A stretch of DNA of 26,382 nucleotides, from IMG/VR virus record IMGVR_UViG_3300032225_001248, positions 1-26,382 of that record; one strand, written 5' to 3'. Each line of letters starts with the position of its first letter. The first letter of the stretch is position 1. Below the pieces are notes generated by a model. The model ran no database searches and had not been told where the DNA came from. It saw only the letters and a program-made list of their open reading frames with translations. Below are positions 8,145 to 15,772 of the stretch, piece after piece. The position numbers were made by a program, and so were the translations under genes. The DNA comes from a virus (lineage: Duplodnaviria > Caudoviricetes).

Positions 8145-8527
8145 ATTGCTCTCAATATCTCTAGTATATTAGTTTCTAGTGGAATGTCTTGTGTATAGAT
8201 GTTCTTACCTCTAATACCATAAATTACATCTGGCATAATGTTTAGATAAGCAAGAAACGTTTTCAATATATCATAATCACGTTCATCTATCCTATAGAAC
8301 AATATTCTTGCTGTAGCAATTGGACCAAAAACATTGTTCAATAGTATGATATGATTTAAAATTAATCTTTCTTTGACGGATTTGGTTATCTTATATCTAC
8401 GAAATAACCTTTTTAGGTATTTTGTTCTTTTGATATCTCCGTCAAATTCAGATTGTATACAATGTGGTGATGTATAACATTTTATAGCATACATCAAAAA
8501 ATTGTCATCATTTAAATCATCAAACAT
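8141..8527 (-). CDS. Conserved hypothetical protein of T4-like phages
   Basis: 128-aa ORF (LNDDNFLMYAIKCY...KYLKRLF...ERLILNHIILLNNVFG) recalled as a recurring T4-like phage family; function unknown. Confidence 0.75.
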   Translation of the reverse strand: MFDDLNDDNFLMYAIKCYTSPHCIQSEFDGDIKRTKYLKRLFRRYKITKSVKERLILNHIILLNNVFGPIATARILFYRIDERDYDILKTFLAYLNIMPDVIYGIRGKNIYTQDIPLETNILEILRAI

Positions 8528-8533
8528 ATTGAA

Positions 8534-8553
8534 AGGGGGGTAATTAACCCCCT
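8534..8553 (-). terminator. GC-rich hairpin after the structural gene, possible leaky intrinsic terminator
   Basis: Minus strand AGGGGG-TTAATTAC-CCCCCT followed by only a short T run, 5 nt after the stop at 8559. Confidence 0.5.
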
Positions 8554-8558
8554 ATTAA

Positions 8559-9428
8559 TTAAGCGTCAGGTAAAGAAATATCGTCTGATCCGTCACCTAC
8601 AACTGTAGATAAAGCAACCAAAGTTTCGAACGTCACACGTCCAGCACGGCCACCTGCGCCAACTTTTTTCAAGTTCCATCCAACGTGAGTTGCATGTTCT
8701 GCGCCAGATTGACCTTGACTTAAACCACGGTCGGAAACAGCAGTAGCACCAACACCTGCAACGATTGTGAAGTATTGACCTGCACCGCCTGTTGTAGTTA
8801 AGTCAATAACAATGTTATTTGCTGCGTTTGCGGCTGTTGTAGATAGTGAGAATCTATTGGTATCAACTGGAGCAACATAGTATGTTGTACCATTTAATAG
8901 ACCACCGATATTTGATGAACCGTTCCAGTTATAAACAACTGCAGCACCGTTTGCTTGACCGTGTGATGTATACATAATCACATCGTTTGCTGCAATTACT
9001 GTTGCAGTAGGAACAGTTATAACAGGTACTTGAATTGTAACAGCTGGATCCGATGTGTAACCAACACCTGTGTTGGCGACTGTAATGTTACTAACTTTAC
9101 CACCAGAAATTGTAGCTGTTGCTGTAGCACTATATGCACCAGCACTAGCTGCAATAGTAACACTAGGTGCTTCAACGTAACCAGAACCATAATTTCTTAA
9201 TGATATATCTGTTACATTGTCACCACCAGCGGTAGTTTCAGTAGCATCAACCATAAACAAACCAAGAGTTGTATCTTGTGTATATGCTTGAAATTGTGTA
9301 TTTCCATACAATAATGCAACGTTTGCTGCTGTTGGTGCAGCTGCAGAAGGTGCATTAGTTTTGACTACAGTATTAACTGCCCAATATGGTGCGTTAGCTG
9401 CGTTATCGTTATTTCCCCAAGATGACAT
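8559..9428 (-). CDS. Virion structural protein (beta-rich, fibre/decoration-like)
   Basis: Ala/Thr/Gly/Val-rich, repeated G(S/V)GY...P.VT motifs, HG..NG..VVY insert, C-terminal HVGW...GRV.FETLVA; has its own late promoter and AAGGAG SD. Confidence 0.75.
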   Translation of the reverse strand: MSSWGNNDNAANAPYWAVNTVVKTNAPSAAAPTAANVALLYGNTQFQAYTQDTTLGLFMVDATETTAGGDNVTDISLRNYGSGYVEAPSVTIAASAGAYSATATATISGGKVSNITVANTGVGYTSDPAVTIQVPVITVPTATVIAANDVIMYTSHGQANGAAVVYNWNGSSNIGGLLNGTTYYVAPVDTNRFSLSTTAANAANNIVIDLTTTGGAGQYFTIVAGVGATAVSDRGLSQGQSGAEHATHVGWNLKKVGAGGRAGRVTFETLVALSTVVGDGSDDISLPDA

Positions 9429-9460
9429 TTTATTCTCCTTTTAACCGAGGGTTATCTTTA

Positions 9461-9468
9461 TATTTATC
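9461..9468 (-). promoter_or_regulatory. T4-like late promoter variant
   Basis: GATAAATA (7/8 match to TATAAATA), intergenic, about 33 nt upstream of the ATG at 9428. Confidence 0.7.
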
Positions 9469-9473
9469 TGTTA

Positions 9474-11120
9474 TTATTTTTTCGTTTGGCCGATTAATCC
9501 AGGTTTGAGTTTCATCATAGGATCAATTTCTACTACGTCCCGTGGAGTACCAGTTAATGTAGTTCCACCAGACATTATTGCTGCAGCTTGTGTTTTACCA
9601 CCAACAGCTTCAATTTTTTTTTCGGAATCAGTCAATTTTGGTTTCTTACCATAGGTAACAACTGATTTATCTTCTTTTTCCGAATCAAAAGTTTCTTCTT
9701 TCATGTTTTTTCTGTTGTATATCGATTTGATGATACGAGCAGACTTTGACATTTGGATTAATTTCTTATTTTTATCTTTTGGTGCCACATCATCTGGATT
9801 GTTAGCACAATCACATGGTGCTTCTGTGGCAGCCTTTGGATCTAAAGTATTTTCTTTTCGCAAATTATCAATCTGTTTACCAGTTGCTTTCATGACATTC
9901 AACCAACGGTTTGCAGATTTCTTGTACTGACCTTGTGCATGTAAAGCATCAGCAGATTTCTTTGCTTTTTCTTTATAACTGGTTAAAGTTGAGTCTTTTA
10001 GTTCCGAAATAATATTTGTATCTTCTGGATGTTCAACAGAATCTCCTGTCCAATTTCTTCCAGGTTTATTGTAATCCTGACTTGCTCCTGACATTATGTG
10101 AGCAATTGCTTTTTGATTATTTTCGGGATTACTTCTATATTTTTCTCCTGCCTTCATTGCCAATGTGTGAGCACGTTTAGATTTTGCTTTATCTCCAGCA
10201 TCATATGCAGCGTGAGAAACGGCAATCAATTTGTCTCCACGTGGACCATTGTAAGATTCATCAGCCTGTTCAACTTCTTCCATCATGCGACCTTTATGTT
10301 CAATGGAAACAATTTTAGAACCAGGATCGTGTTTAGTTACCAGTTTGTGTGCATGTTCTTCATTATCTGCTTTAACATTATATGATTTAGTATCGGTCTT
10401 AACATGATATTTTTGTTTAATTACTTTTGTTGGACCAAAATGTTTGTCTTGCCAAGGATCATGAGCTTCTTTCACATTCTCATTCTTACTTACAAGATAG
10501 TTACCAACAGTAGACATATAGTCTGTAGCTAAAGTAATCTTGGCTTGAACCCATGCTGGTAATTGTTTCTCATAGTCTTTACCAATATAAGAACGGATCA
10601 TGGCACAACCACGTTCTAGTTCTTCTATCTGAGTCAATACCATACCACTTTCATCATCTAACATCTTACCCATGGCGATAGCGATATGATTTTCTTTGAC
10701 CAACTTCTGTGTAATTTCATCATAATGTGACATATCTAATGGAACATCATGTCGCATATTGATTAGGCGTTCCACCATATTGTGTAGTTCAATATCGGTC
10801 TTCATATCTTCACGGGTAAATTCCAAAACACGAATTAATAATGGAATGTCAAAACAAACCGTATCTTTTTCATCGGTTTCTTCATACATATGATCCTTCT
10901 TCCATTTTAAAAATTCACCCATTTTAGAATGAGCAACTTTTTGGTCTTTAGTAACGGTTATTGGATTTAGGCCTCTGGATTTAAGAAACTGATTTAATAC
11001 AGCATCTTCGTTGATATTAGCCTTTGCTGACCAAGGATCACGTGGGTCGGTACCAAAAGTTGGTTTGTCACCAACAGGTTTCTTAATAATTGATTTTACT
11101 AAGTCTGCTCTTTTTGACAT
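9474..11120 (-). CDS. Large mosaic putative internal virion polyprotein
   Basis: 548 aa, hydrophilic, modules (FDIPLLIRVLE; LPAWVQAKITLATDY; ELKDSTLTSYKEKA) bounded by INE, MYE, VKE, MME, ISE, MKE sites. Confidence 0.65.
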   Translation of the reverse strand: MSKRADLVKSIIKKPVGDKPTFGTDPRDPWSAKANINEDAVLNQFLKSRGLNPITVTKDQKVAHSKMGEFLKWKKDHMYEETDEKDTVCFDIPLLIRVLEFTREDMKTDIELHNMVERLINMRHDVPLDMSHYDEITQKLVKENHIAIAMGKMLDDESGMVLTQIEELERGCAMIRSYIGKDYEKQLPAWVQAKITLATDYMSTVGNYLVSKNENVKEAHDPWQDKHFGPTKVIKQKYHVKTDTKSYNVKADNEEHAHKLVTKHDPGSKIVSIEHKGRMMEEVEQADESYNGPRGDKLIAVSHAAYDAGDKAKSKRAHTLAMKAGEKYRSNPENNQKAIAHIMSGASQDYNKPGRNWTGDSVEHPEDTNIISELKDSTLTSYKEKAKKSADALHAQGQYKKSANRWLNVMKATGKQIDNLRKENTLDPKAATEAPCDCANNPDDVAPKDKNKKLIQMSKSARIIKSIYNRKNMKEETFDSEKEDKSVVTYGKKPKLTDSEKKIEAVGGKTQAAAIMSGGTTLTGTPRDVVEIDPMMKLKPGLIGQTKK

Positions 11121-11122
11121 TT

Positions 11123-12289
11123 TTATTCCGATGTACCTGTTTTACCTAACATCTCATTTCTCATTCTAGCCAAAGATTTCTTTGCCATTGATTGAGCGTG
11201 TTTCATAGGTTTAGCATCATTTGTTGCAAAATTTGGTTGTGAACCGACACCAGCATCCATCATTGGATCTTTACCTTCTTTTACTTCTTGTTCTGGTTTT
11301 TCTTTTTGTTTAGAACCACCATAACGTGAACCTTCTTTTTTACCTGAACCACCATTTGGTTGTGGTTGTGAACGCTTCTTAACATCATTAAGCATATCGT
11401 CCCAACCTTCTTCAACAGTTTCTTCATTCGTTGGTTTCTTACCGGTTTGTGGTACACCCATCTTGCGCTGTAGGTCTTTACGTTGATCCTCATCGGAACC
11501 ACCAGTCAAAGCTTTGAAAGCTTTCTTCGCAACATCTTTTAGACCTTCATTAACAGCTTCTTCATTCTTTTTTGAGTAGTATGCTGCCAAGGCCATTTCT
11601 TTACGTTTAGCTTTAGATTTACCAGCAAATTTAGGATTGTCTGAATGTACAAAGTCGTGGATCCAAGTTCCAGCAGAAGCATCTTTAGAAATAACTTCAT
11701 TGATAAGTTCATCTAAAACTGGTTCTTCAAACTTTTCTTTCATGTGTTTCAATGTCAGAGCTAAACGAGCACGTTTACCTGCTTTACCAGAATCATGTTT
11801 ATGTTTTTCTGCATAATCTTGTGTAGACATACCGGCTTTCTTGGCTGAAGCAGTCTCAGCACCTGGATGTTTGATAGCATTAGCAATCCAGTTCTTTTCC
11901 TCTAAGGATTCAACTTCTTCTGCCTTCAACTTAACTTTTGAAGATTTGCCATCAGCACCTGGACCAACATCATCACCTTTTTTGGCTTTTAGTTTACCAG
12001 TAAGAGTATCTTCTGTTCGGTCAGCTTCTTCTTTCATTTTCTTTTTGGCACGTAAAAGTTTGAAATCTTCACCATCAATCTTACCATTATGATTGGCATC
12101 AATCTTGTCTTGGTTACCTTTCAATTCTTCTTCGACTTTCTTTTTGCCACGGAGAATTTTAAAATCTTGTGCATCGATTTTGCCATTATGGTTGGCATCA
12201 ATCTTGTCTTGATTGCCTTTAAGTGCTTCTTGTTGTAAGATTTGACTTACAGCATCAGCAACAGGATCTTGTTTTTTTAAGTTTATCAT
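11123..12289 (-). CDS. Lys/Glu-rich putative internal head polyprotein with two EF-hand-like repeats
   Basis: Two LKGNQDKIDANHNGKID..DFK.LR copies, modules WIANAIKHPGA and WIHDFVHSDNPKFAGKS, many xxE linkers; GGAG SD. Confidence 0.7.
   Translation of the reverse strand: MINLKKQDPVADAVSQILQQEALKGNQDKIDANHNGKIDAQDFKILRGKKKVEEELKGNQDKIDANHNGKIDGEDFKLLRAKKKMKEEADRTEDTLTGKLKAKKGDDVGPGADGKSSKVKLKAEEVESLEEKNWIANAIKHPGAETASAKKAGMSTQDYAEKHKHDSGKAGKRARLALTLKHMKEKFEEPVLDELINEVISKDASAGTWIHDFVHSDNPKFAGKSKAKRKEMALAAYYSKKNEEAVNEGLKDVAKKAFKALTGGSDEDQRKDLQRKMGVPQTGKKPTNEETVEEGWDDMLNDVKKRSQPQPNGGSGKKEGSRYGGSKQKEKPEQEVKEGKDPMMDAGVGSQPNFATNDAKPMKHAQSMAKKSLARMRNEMLGKTGTSE
12038..12223 (-). repeat. Intragenic tandem duplication, 99-nt (33-aa) period, 2 copies
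   Basis: ccattatg(g/a)ttggcatcaatcttgtcttg recurs 99 nt apart; it encodes the DANHNGKIDxxD loops. Confidence 0.9.
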
Positions 12290-12302
12290 TATTGTTCTCC
12301 GT

Positions 12303-12605
12303 TTAACAGTTCCACTTACGTAGGGATTTATTTATTCTTGAATCTGGATCATGTGCTGTAGCAGCAGATGTTAATCTCTTTTTCATTCCTGACATTCTAG
12401 CACAAAATGATTTGCGTCTATTTGCTGCTTTGGATCCAGGTTTTAGTTTAGAAGGTTTAGTTGTAACAGCCATAGAAAGTTTAGAACCTGGATGTTCCGC
12501 ACGATAAGATGCAATACCTTTACGATTGAGTCCACCTTTTGGATCTTTACCAGCCGAACGTTGCCACGCTGGAGATTCTTCTAAAAATTCTAGGAAAGAT
12601 TTCAT
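12303..12605 (-). CDS. Small basic protein with capsid-targeting-like N-terminus (DUF6321-like by recall)
   Basis: MKSFLEFLEE| followed by a very basic domain AWQRSAGKDPKGGLN...RRKSFCARM...WNC. Confidence 0.75.
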   Translation of the reverse strand: MKSFLEFLEESPAWQRSAGKDPKGGLNRKGIASYRAEHPGSKLSMAVTTKPSKLKPGSKAANRRKSFCARMSGMKKRLTSAATAHDPDSRINKSLRKWNC

Positions 12606-14401
12606 TTTTTCTTTTTTTTCTTTTCTATTGTTACACCAATATTGTCTTTTGGATTTTGCATCGGTTCTTTGTTTGATGCTCCTCCTAGAGTACCACCGAC
12701 ACCCATATCATTTGCACCTGGATCGTCAATAGCTTCCAATACCTTATTCCTGAATGACCTAAAATCTCTTTGTTCTCTATATGTCACATCACCTAGGCCT
12801 GACATTGGGTATACTGTTCCCTGTTGGCGAGTGTCATATTGTGGACCAACTCCATCAACATTTCTCATACGTTGACTTACAGTTGGTGAATTGGTCCAAC
12901 GTTTTTTGTTTAGTTTGTCTTTGTCTTTGGAGAAGTTGCTTTCTTTGTCGCTTGAGTAGACTTTGATGTGCGGGTTTTTTTCTTCGGAGTAGGTTCTGTA
13001 GATGTAACTACTTCTTGGCTTTCTACCATCCCACTTGATGTTGTCTGCGTTGGAATCTCCTGCACGGTTGTCGGGACTAATGTCTCCTGGACCGGCTGCG
13101 GCTGGACTTCCACCTTTTCTGAGCTTGATGGACTTGTTTTCGTTGAACCTTTGAACAAACCTAGAATTTTTCTTAACATTTTCATTTTCCTTAAACAAAG
13201 AATTATAACTTCCTATATTTAGCGACATATGGTTTTCTAACCAAATATTTGCCGTCTCCGTATAAGATTCGCCAGATAGAAAGTCATCAATTTTTCGATA
13301 TGTGTATGTGATATCTTCTTGTATTGATTCCAGTCCAAAACTATTATCAAAATTTACAAATCTATTGAAATTCTGACGATATGATTCTTTGCTTGATTGG
13401 GCTAGTTCCCACTTCTCTTGTCTAATTGACTCCGATACCATTTTAGTCAAACGTTCATTTCTTTGTTTACTGGCTTCATTTGTTGTGTCAACAAAAACAA
13501 TCATGGTTTCATAACCAAGCTCTTCCAATTCTTCTTTGATTGTAATCATTCTGTAATGGTCATCAGCAGGACCATTAATAATCAAAGGTGAACGGGAACG
13601 AATGGCTTCTCTACGATAGTCTTTTGTAGTTTCAGACAACTTTTGTTTATCCATTAAGTAGTCGAAAGCCTGAATTGAATTGATTTCAACTGCACCTTGG
13701 TGTGGAATAGATTCACGAATAACAACATCTTTACCTGAACCTGGTCCACCAGTTACAAAAATTGCTTTGAATAATCCATGATAGGATGATTCGTGTAAAC
13801 CCATACCTGTACGAGTATCATGCATCAATTCTCTTGCATGAGTGTCTGAAACGTGTGATGGAACACCTTGTTTAAATGATTTAATATCTTTATTCTTGGC
13901 ATGTTCACGCATCTTGGTACCAGACATACCAGTTGTACCTTCAGCATCAGGGTCACGGTGACCAGCCGAATGTACATGAATTTTCTTAAAGTTATACAAA
14001 GCACCTTCGTGTGGTCCATTGTATTTGTTTAATGTGTGTTTCATTTCATGAACACGGTCAGAACCAACTACCATATGTAAATGTGTTACACCTTGTTTGT
14101 GTAATTTTGCTGCATGGTGCAGAAAAGAAGGATGTTCTTTGTTAGACGCTTCAAAATGTGTACCAGGAGAATATCTCTTTAGGTGCTTTAATTTTTGTGA
14201 AGCAGATAAAGGATTCTTATTTTTATCTTGTGAATGTGAAGTTACAACAGTATGTTGTGCATTATGTTTTTTTGCAACTTCTTTGACCTTATCAATTAAC
14301 TTCAAATGACCAGTGGTTGGCGGATTCATGCGACCAAAGGTCATAACGTGATGCACATCACTACCTTTATCTTCTTGCAATAAATCTAGAAAAGACTTCA
14401 T
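12602..14401 (-). CDS. HIGH-superfamily nucleotidyltransferase (cytidyltransferase-like) fused to a P-loop kinase and a low-complexity tail
   Basis: MKSFLDLLQE leader; TFGRMNPPTTGH (TxGH), VVGSDR, MSGTKMR (SxT/SxxR); then IFVTGGPGSGKD Walker A, GYETMIVFVDT and ASKQRNER lid typical of PNK/zeta-like kinases. Confidence 0.85.
   Translation of the reverse strand: MKSFLDLLQEDKGSDVHHVMTFGRMNPPTTGHLKLIDKVKEVAKKHNAQHTVVTSHSQDKNKNPLSASQKLKHLKRYSPGTHFEASNKEHPSFLHHAAKLHKQGVTHLHMVVGSDRVHEMKHTLNKYNGPHEGALYNFKKIHVHSAGHRDPDAEGTTGMSGTKMREHAKNKDIKSFKQGVPSHVSDTHARELMHDTRTGMGLHESSYHGLFKAIFVTGGPGSGKDVVIRESIPHQGAVEINSIQAFDYLMDKQKLSETTKDYRREAIRSRSPLIINGPADDHYRMITIKEELEELGYETMIVFVDTTNEASKQRNERLTKMVSESIRQEKWELAQSSKESYRQNFNRFVNFDNSFGLESIQEDITYTYRKIDDFLSGESYTETANIWLENHMSLNIGSYNSLFKENENVKKNSRFVQRFNENKSIKLRKGGSPAAAGPGDISPDNRAGDSNADNIKWDGRKPRSSYIYRTYSEEKNPHIKVYSSDKESNFSKDKDKLNKKRWTNSPTVSQRMRNVDGVGPQYDTRQQGTVYPMSGLGDVTYREQRDFRSFRNKVLEAIDDPGANDMGVGGTLGGASNKEPMQNPKDNIGVTIEKKKKKK
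12910..13179 (-). CDS. Nested out-of-frame small protein (amphipathic N-terminus, Thr/Pro/Glu linker, Lys-rich tail)
   Basis: MLRKILGLFKG...; AAGGA SD at 13188-13192, 8 nt before the ATG at 13179; TATAAT at 13202-13207 and CTAAATA at 13216-13222 upstream. Confidence 0.55.
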   Translation of the reverse strand: MLRKILGLFKGSTKTSPSSSEKVEVQPQPVQETLVPTTVQEIPTQTTSSGMVESQEVVTSTEPTPKKKTRTSKSTQATKKATSPKTKTN

Positions 14402-14404
14402 ATA

Positions 14405-14992
14405 TTAATGTCCAGCGAGGACACTTACTCCAGTTAATGGTCCGTTAACGTGTTTAACTTGTAAACTCATAGCTTTTTTGCCATGTTCATCATGTTCGTG
14501 TTCGTGTGTCTTAACAGTTATATTACCTTGTCCTGATTTATGGAAAGATAAGTGGTGCGCACCTTTTATTTTGTGGTACATTTCATTGTCTGATGGATCG
14601 GTTGCATGTGCAGTAGCTGGTTTATCGTGGCCACCTGAACCATGAACCTTAACATAAGGCAAAGAATGTTCAGAATTACCTTTTACATAAGTGTGTAAAA
14701 TATGGTGTTTTAATTCTTCTGGATGACTTTGAGCCATCTTAGAATAACCTTTATGTAATTTGTCTCTAACTTCGGTGTTGATTTGTTTGGAATGTTCAAC
14801 ACCTTTGTGGTACGTTTCACTTGTTTTGTAATTTGGATTTTCTATTTTCTTTTCTGAATCCAAATGTTTAGGTCCCTTGATTGTTCTGATGGCCGCAGCT
14901 TTATTTGTACCAAGTTTATGTTTATCCATAAATTCTTGGTGACGTTTAGTTACATGGGCATGAATATCATATTCGTTTGTTGAATCACTCAT
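14405..14992 (-). CDS. His-rich protein, possibly the C-terminal half of a split nuclease
   Basis: About 26 His in 195 aa; same frame as the upstream ORF, separated only by TAA AAA; AGGA SD present. Confidence 0.7.
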   Translation of the reverse strand: MSDSTNEYDIHAHVTKRHQEFMDKHKLGTNKAAAIRTIKGPKHLDSEKKIENPNYKTSETYHKGVEHSKQINTEVRDKLHKGYSKMAQSHPEELKHHILHTYVKGNSEHSLPYVKVHGSGGHDKPATAHATDPSDNEMYHKIKGAHHLSFHKSGQGNITVKTHEHEHDEHGKKAMSLQVKHVNGPLTGVSVLAGH

Positions 14993-14995
14993 TTT

Positions 14996-15772
14996 TTATC
15001 CTAAATGCTTAGTTAGAAAATTACCAACTTCTGTTGTTCCACCATTATGAAACCCAATTGCGTTGGACTTACTAGATTTTGCAGATAATCCTAAATGTGC
15101 ATGTTTGGCTTCTTTTGGCTTCTTATGGAATTTGACTGCAATATCGGATGGATTTTCTTGTTGTGATGCTTTGATGCCTGTTTTTCTTTCGATATCACCA
15201 GGTTTAGGTGTCAAATGTACTTGATGTACACCTTCATATCCTTTTTTCTTGGCATGTTCTTTAAAAACACGAGCCTGTTCTTTTGCTCTATCTTCTTGTG
15301 TTTTTACTTCATTTGTGCCATATTTTTTATCATGTTCAGCCAGTTTGGAATGATGATGTTTATCTTGTGATTCGTGGTCTTTATCAATATATTTTCCACC
15401 ATTTAGATGTTTTGCTAGTTGTGTTTCATTATATCCACCACGGTTGGCATTGATTGCTCTAGATGCTTTTTTTGCTGCTTCTATATTTGCTTTGTGTTTA
15501 TCAGATAGTGGTGGTTTTTTTAATTCTGTAATGAGTTCTTCATGTAATTTATCTATTAGAATCATTCCATGGTTGTCTTTTAATTCTTGTTTCAATTCTT
15601 TTGGAGACATATGACCCGAAAACGTATGCGTTAAATCACCAAATTTATTATGCATATGGTAAATATTTTCTTCTGGGTGACGAGTCAATTTATATACACC
15701 TTTAGTTGGATGTAAAAAAGAAATGTTTCCTTTTTTGACTTCTTCTTTTATATAATTTTTAAAATTTATCAT
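14996..15772 (-). CDS. His-rich PD-(D/E)XK-like nuclease domain protein with capsid-targeting-like leader
   Basis: MINFKNYIKEE leader; GGYNE helix, NPSDIAV, LGLSAK (SxK variant of the motif); the ORF ends about 26 aa after the Lys. Confidence 0.6.
   Translation of the reverse strand: MINFKNYIKEEVKKGNISFLHPTKGVYKLTRHPEENIYHMHNKFGDLTHTFSGHMSPKELKQELKDNHGMILIDKLHEELITELKKPPLSDKHKANIEAAKKASRAINANRGGYNETQLAKHLNGGKYIDKDHESQDKHHHSKLAEHDKKYGTNEVKTQEDRAKEQARVFKEHAKKKGYEGVHQVHLTPKPGDIERKTGIKASQQENPSDIAVKFHKKPKEAKHAHLGLSAKSSKSNAIGFHNGGTTEVGNFLTKHLG

Noticed and set aside
12038-12223. CRISPR-like or mobile-element repeat
   Set aside because: Only two copies, in frame within a coding region with synonymous differences; it is a protein-domain duplication.
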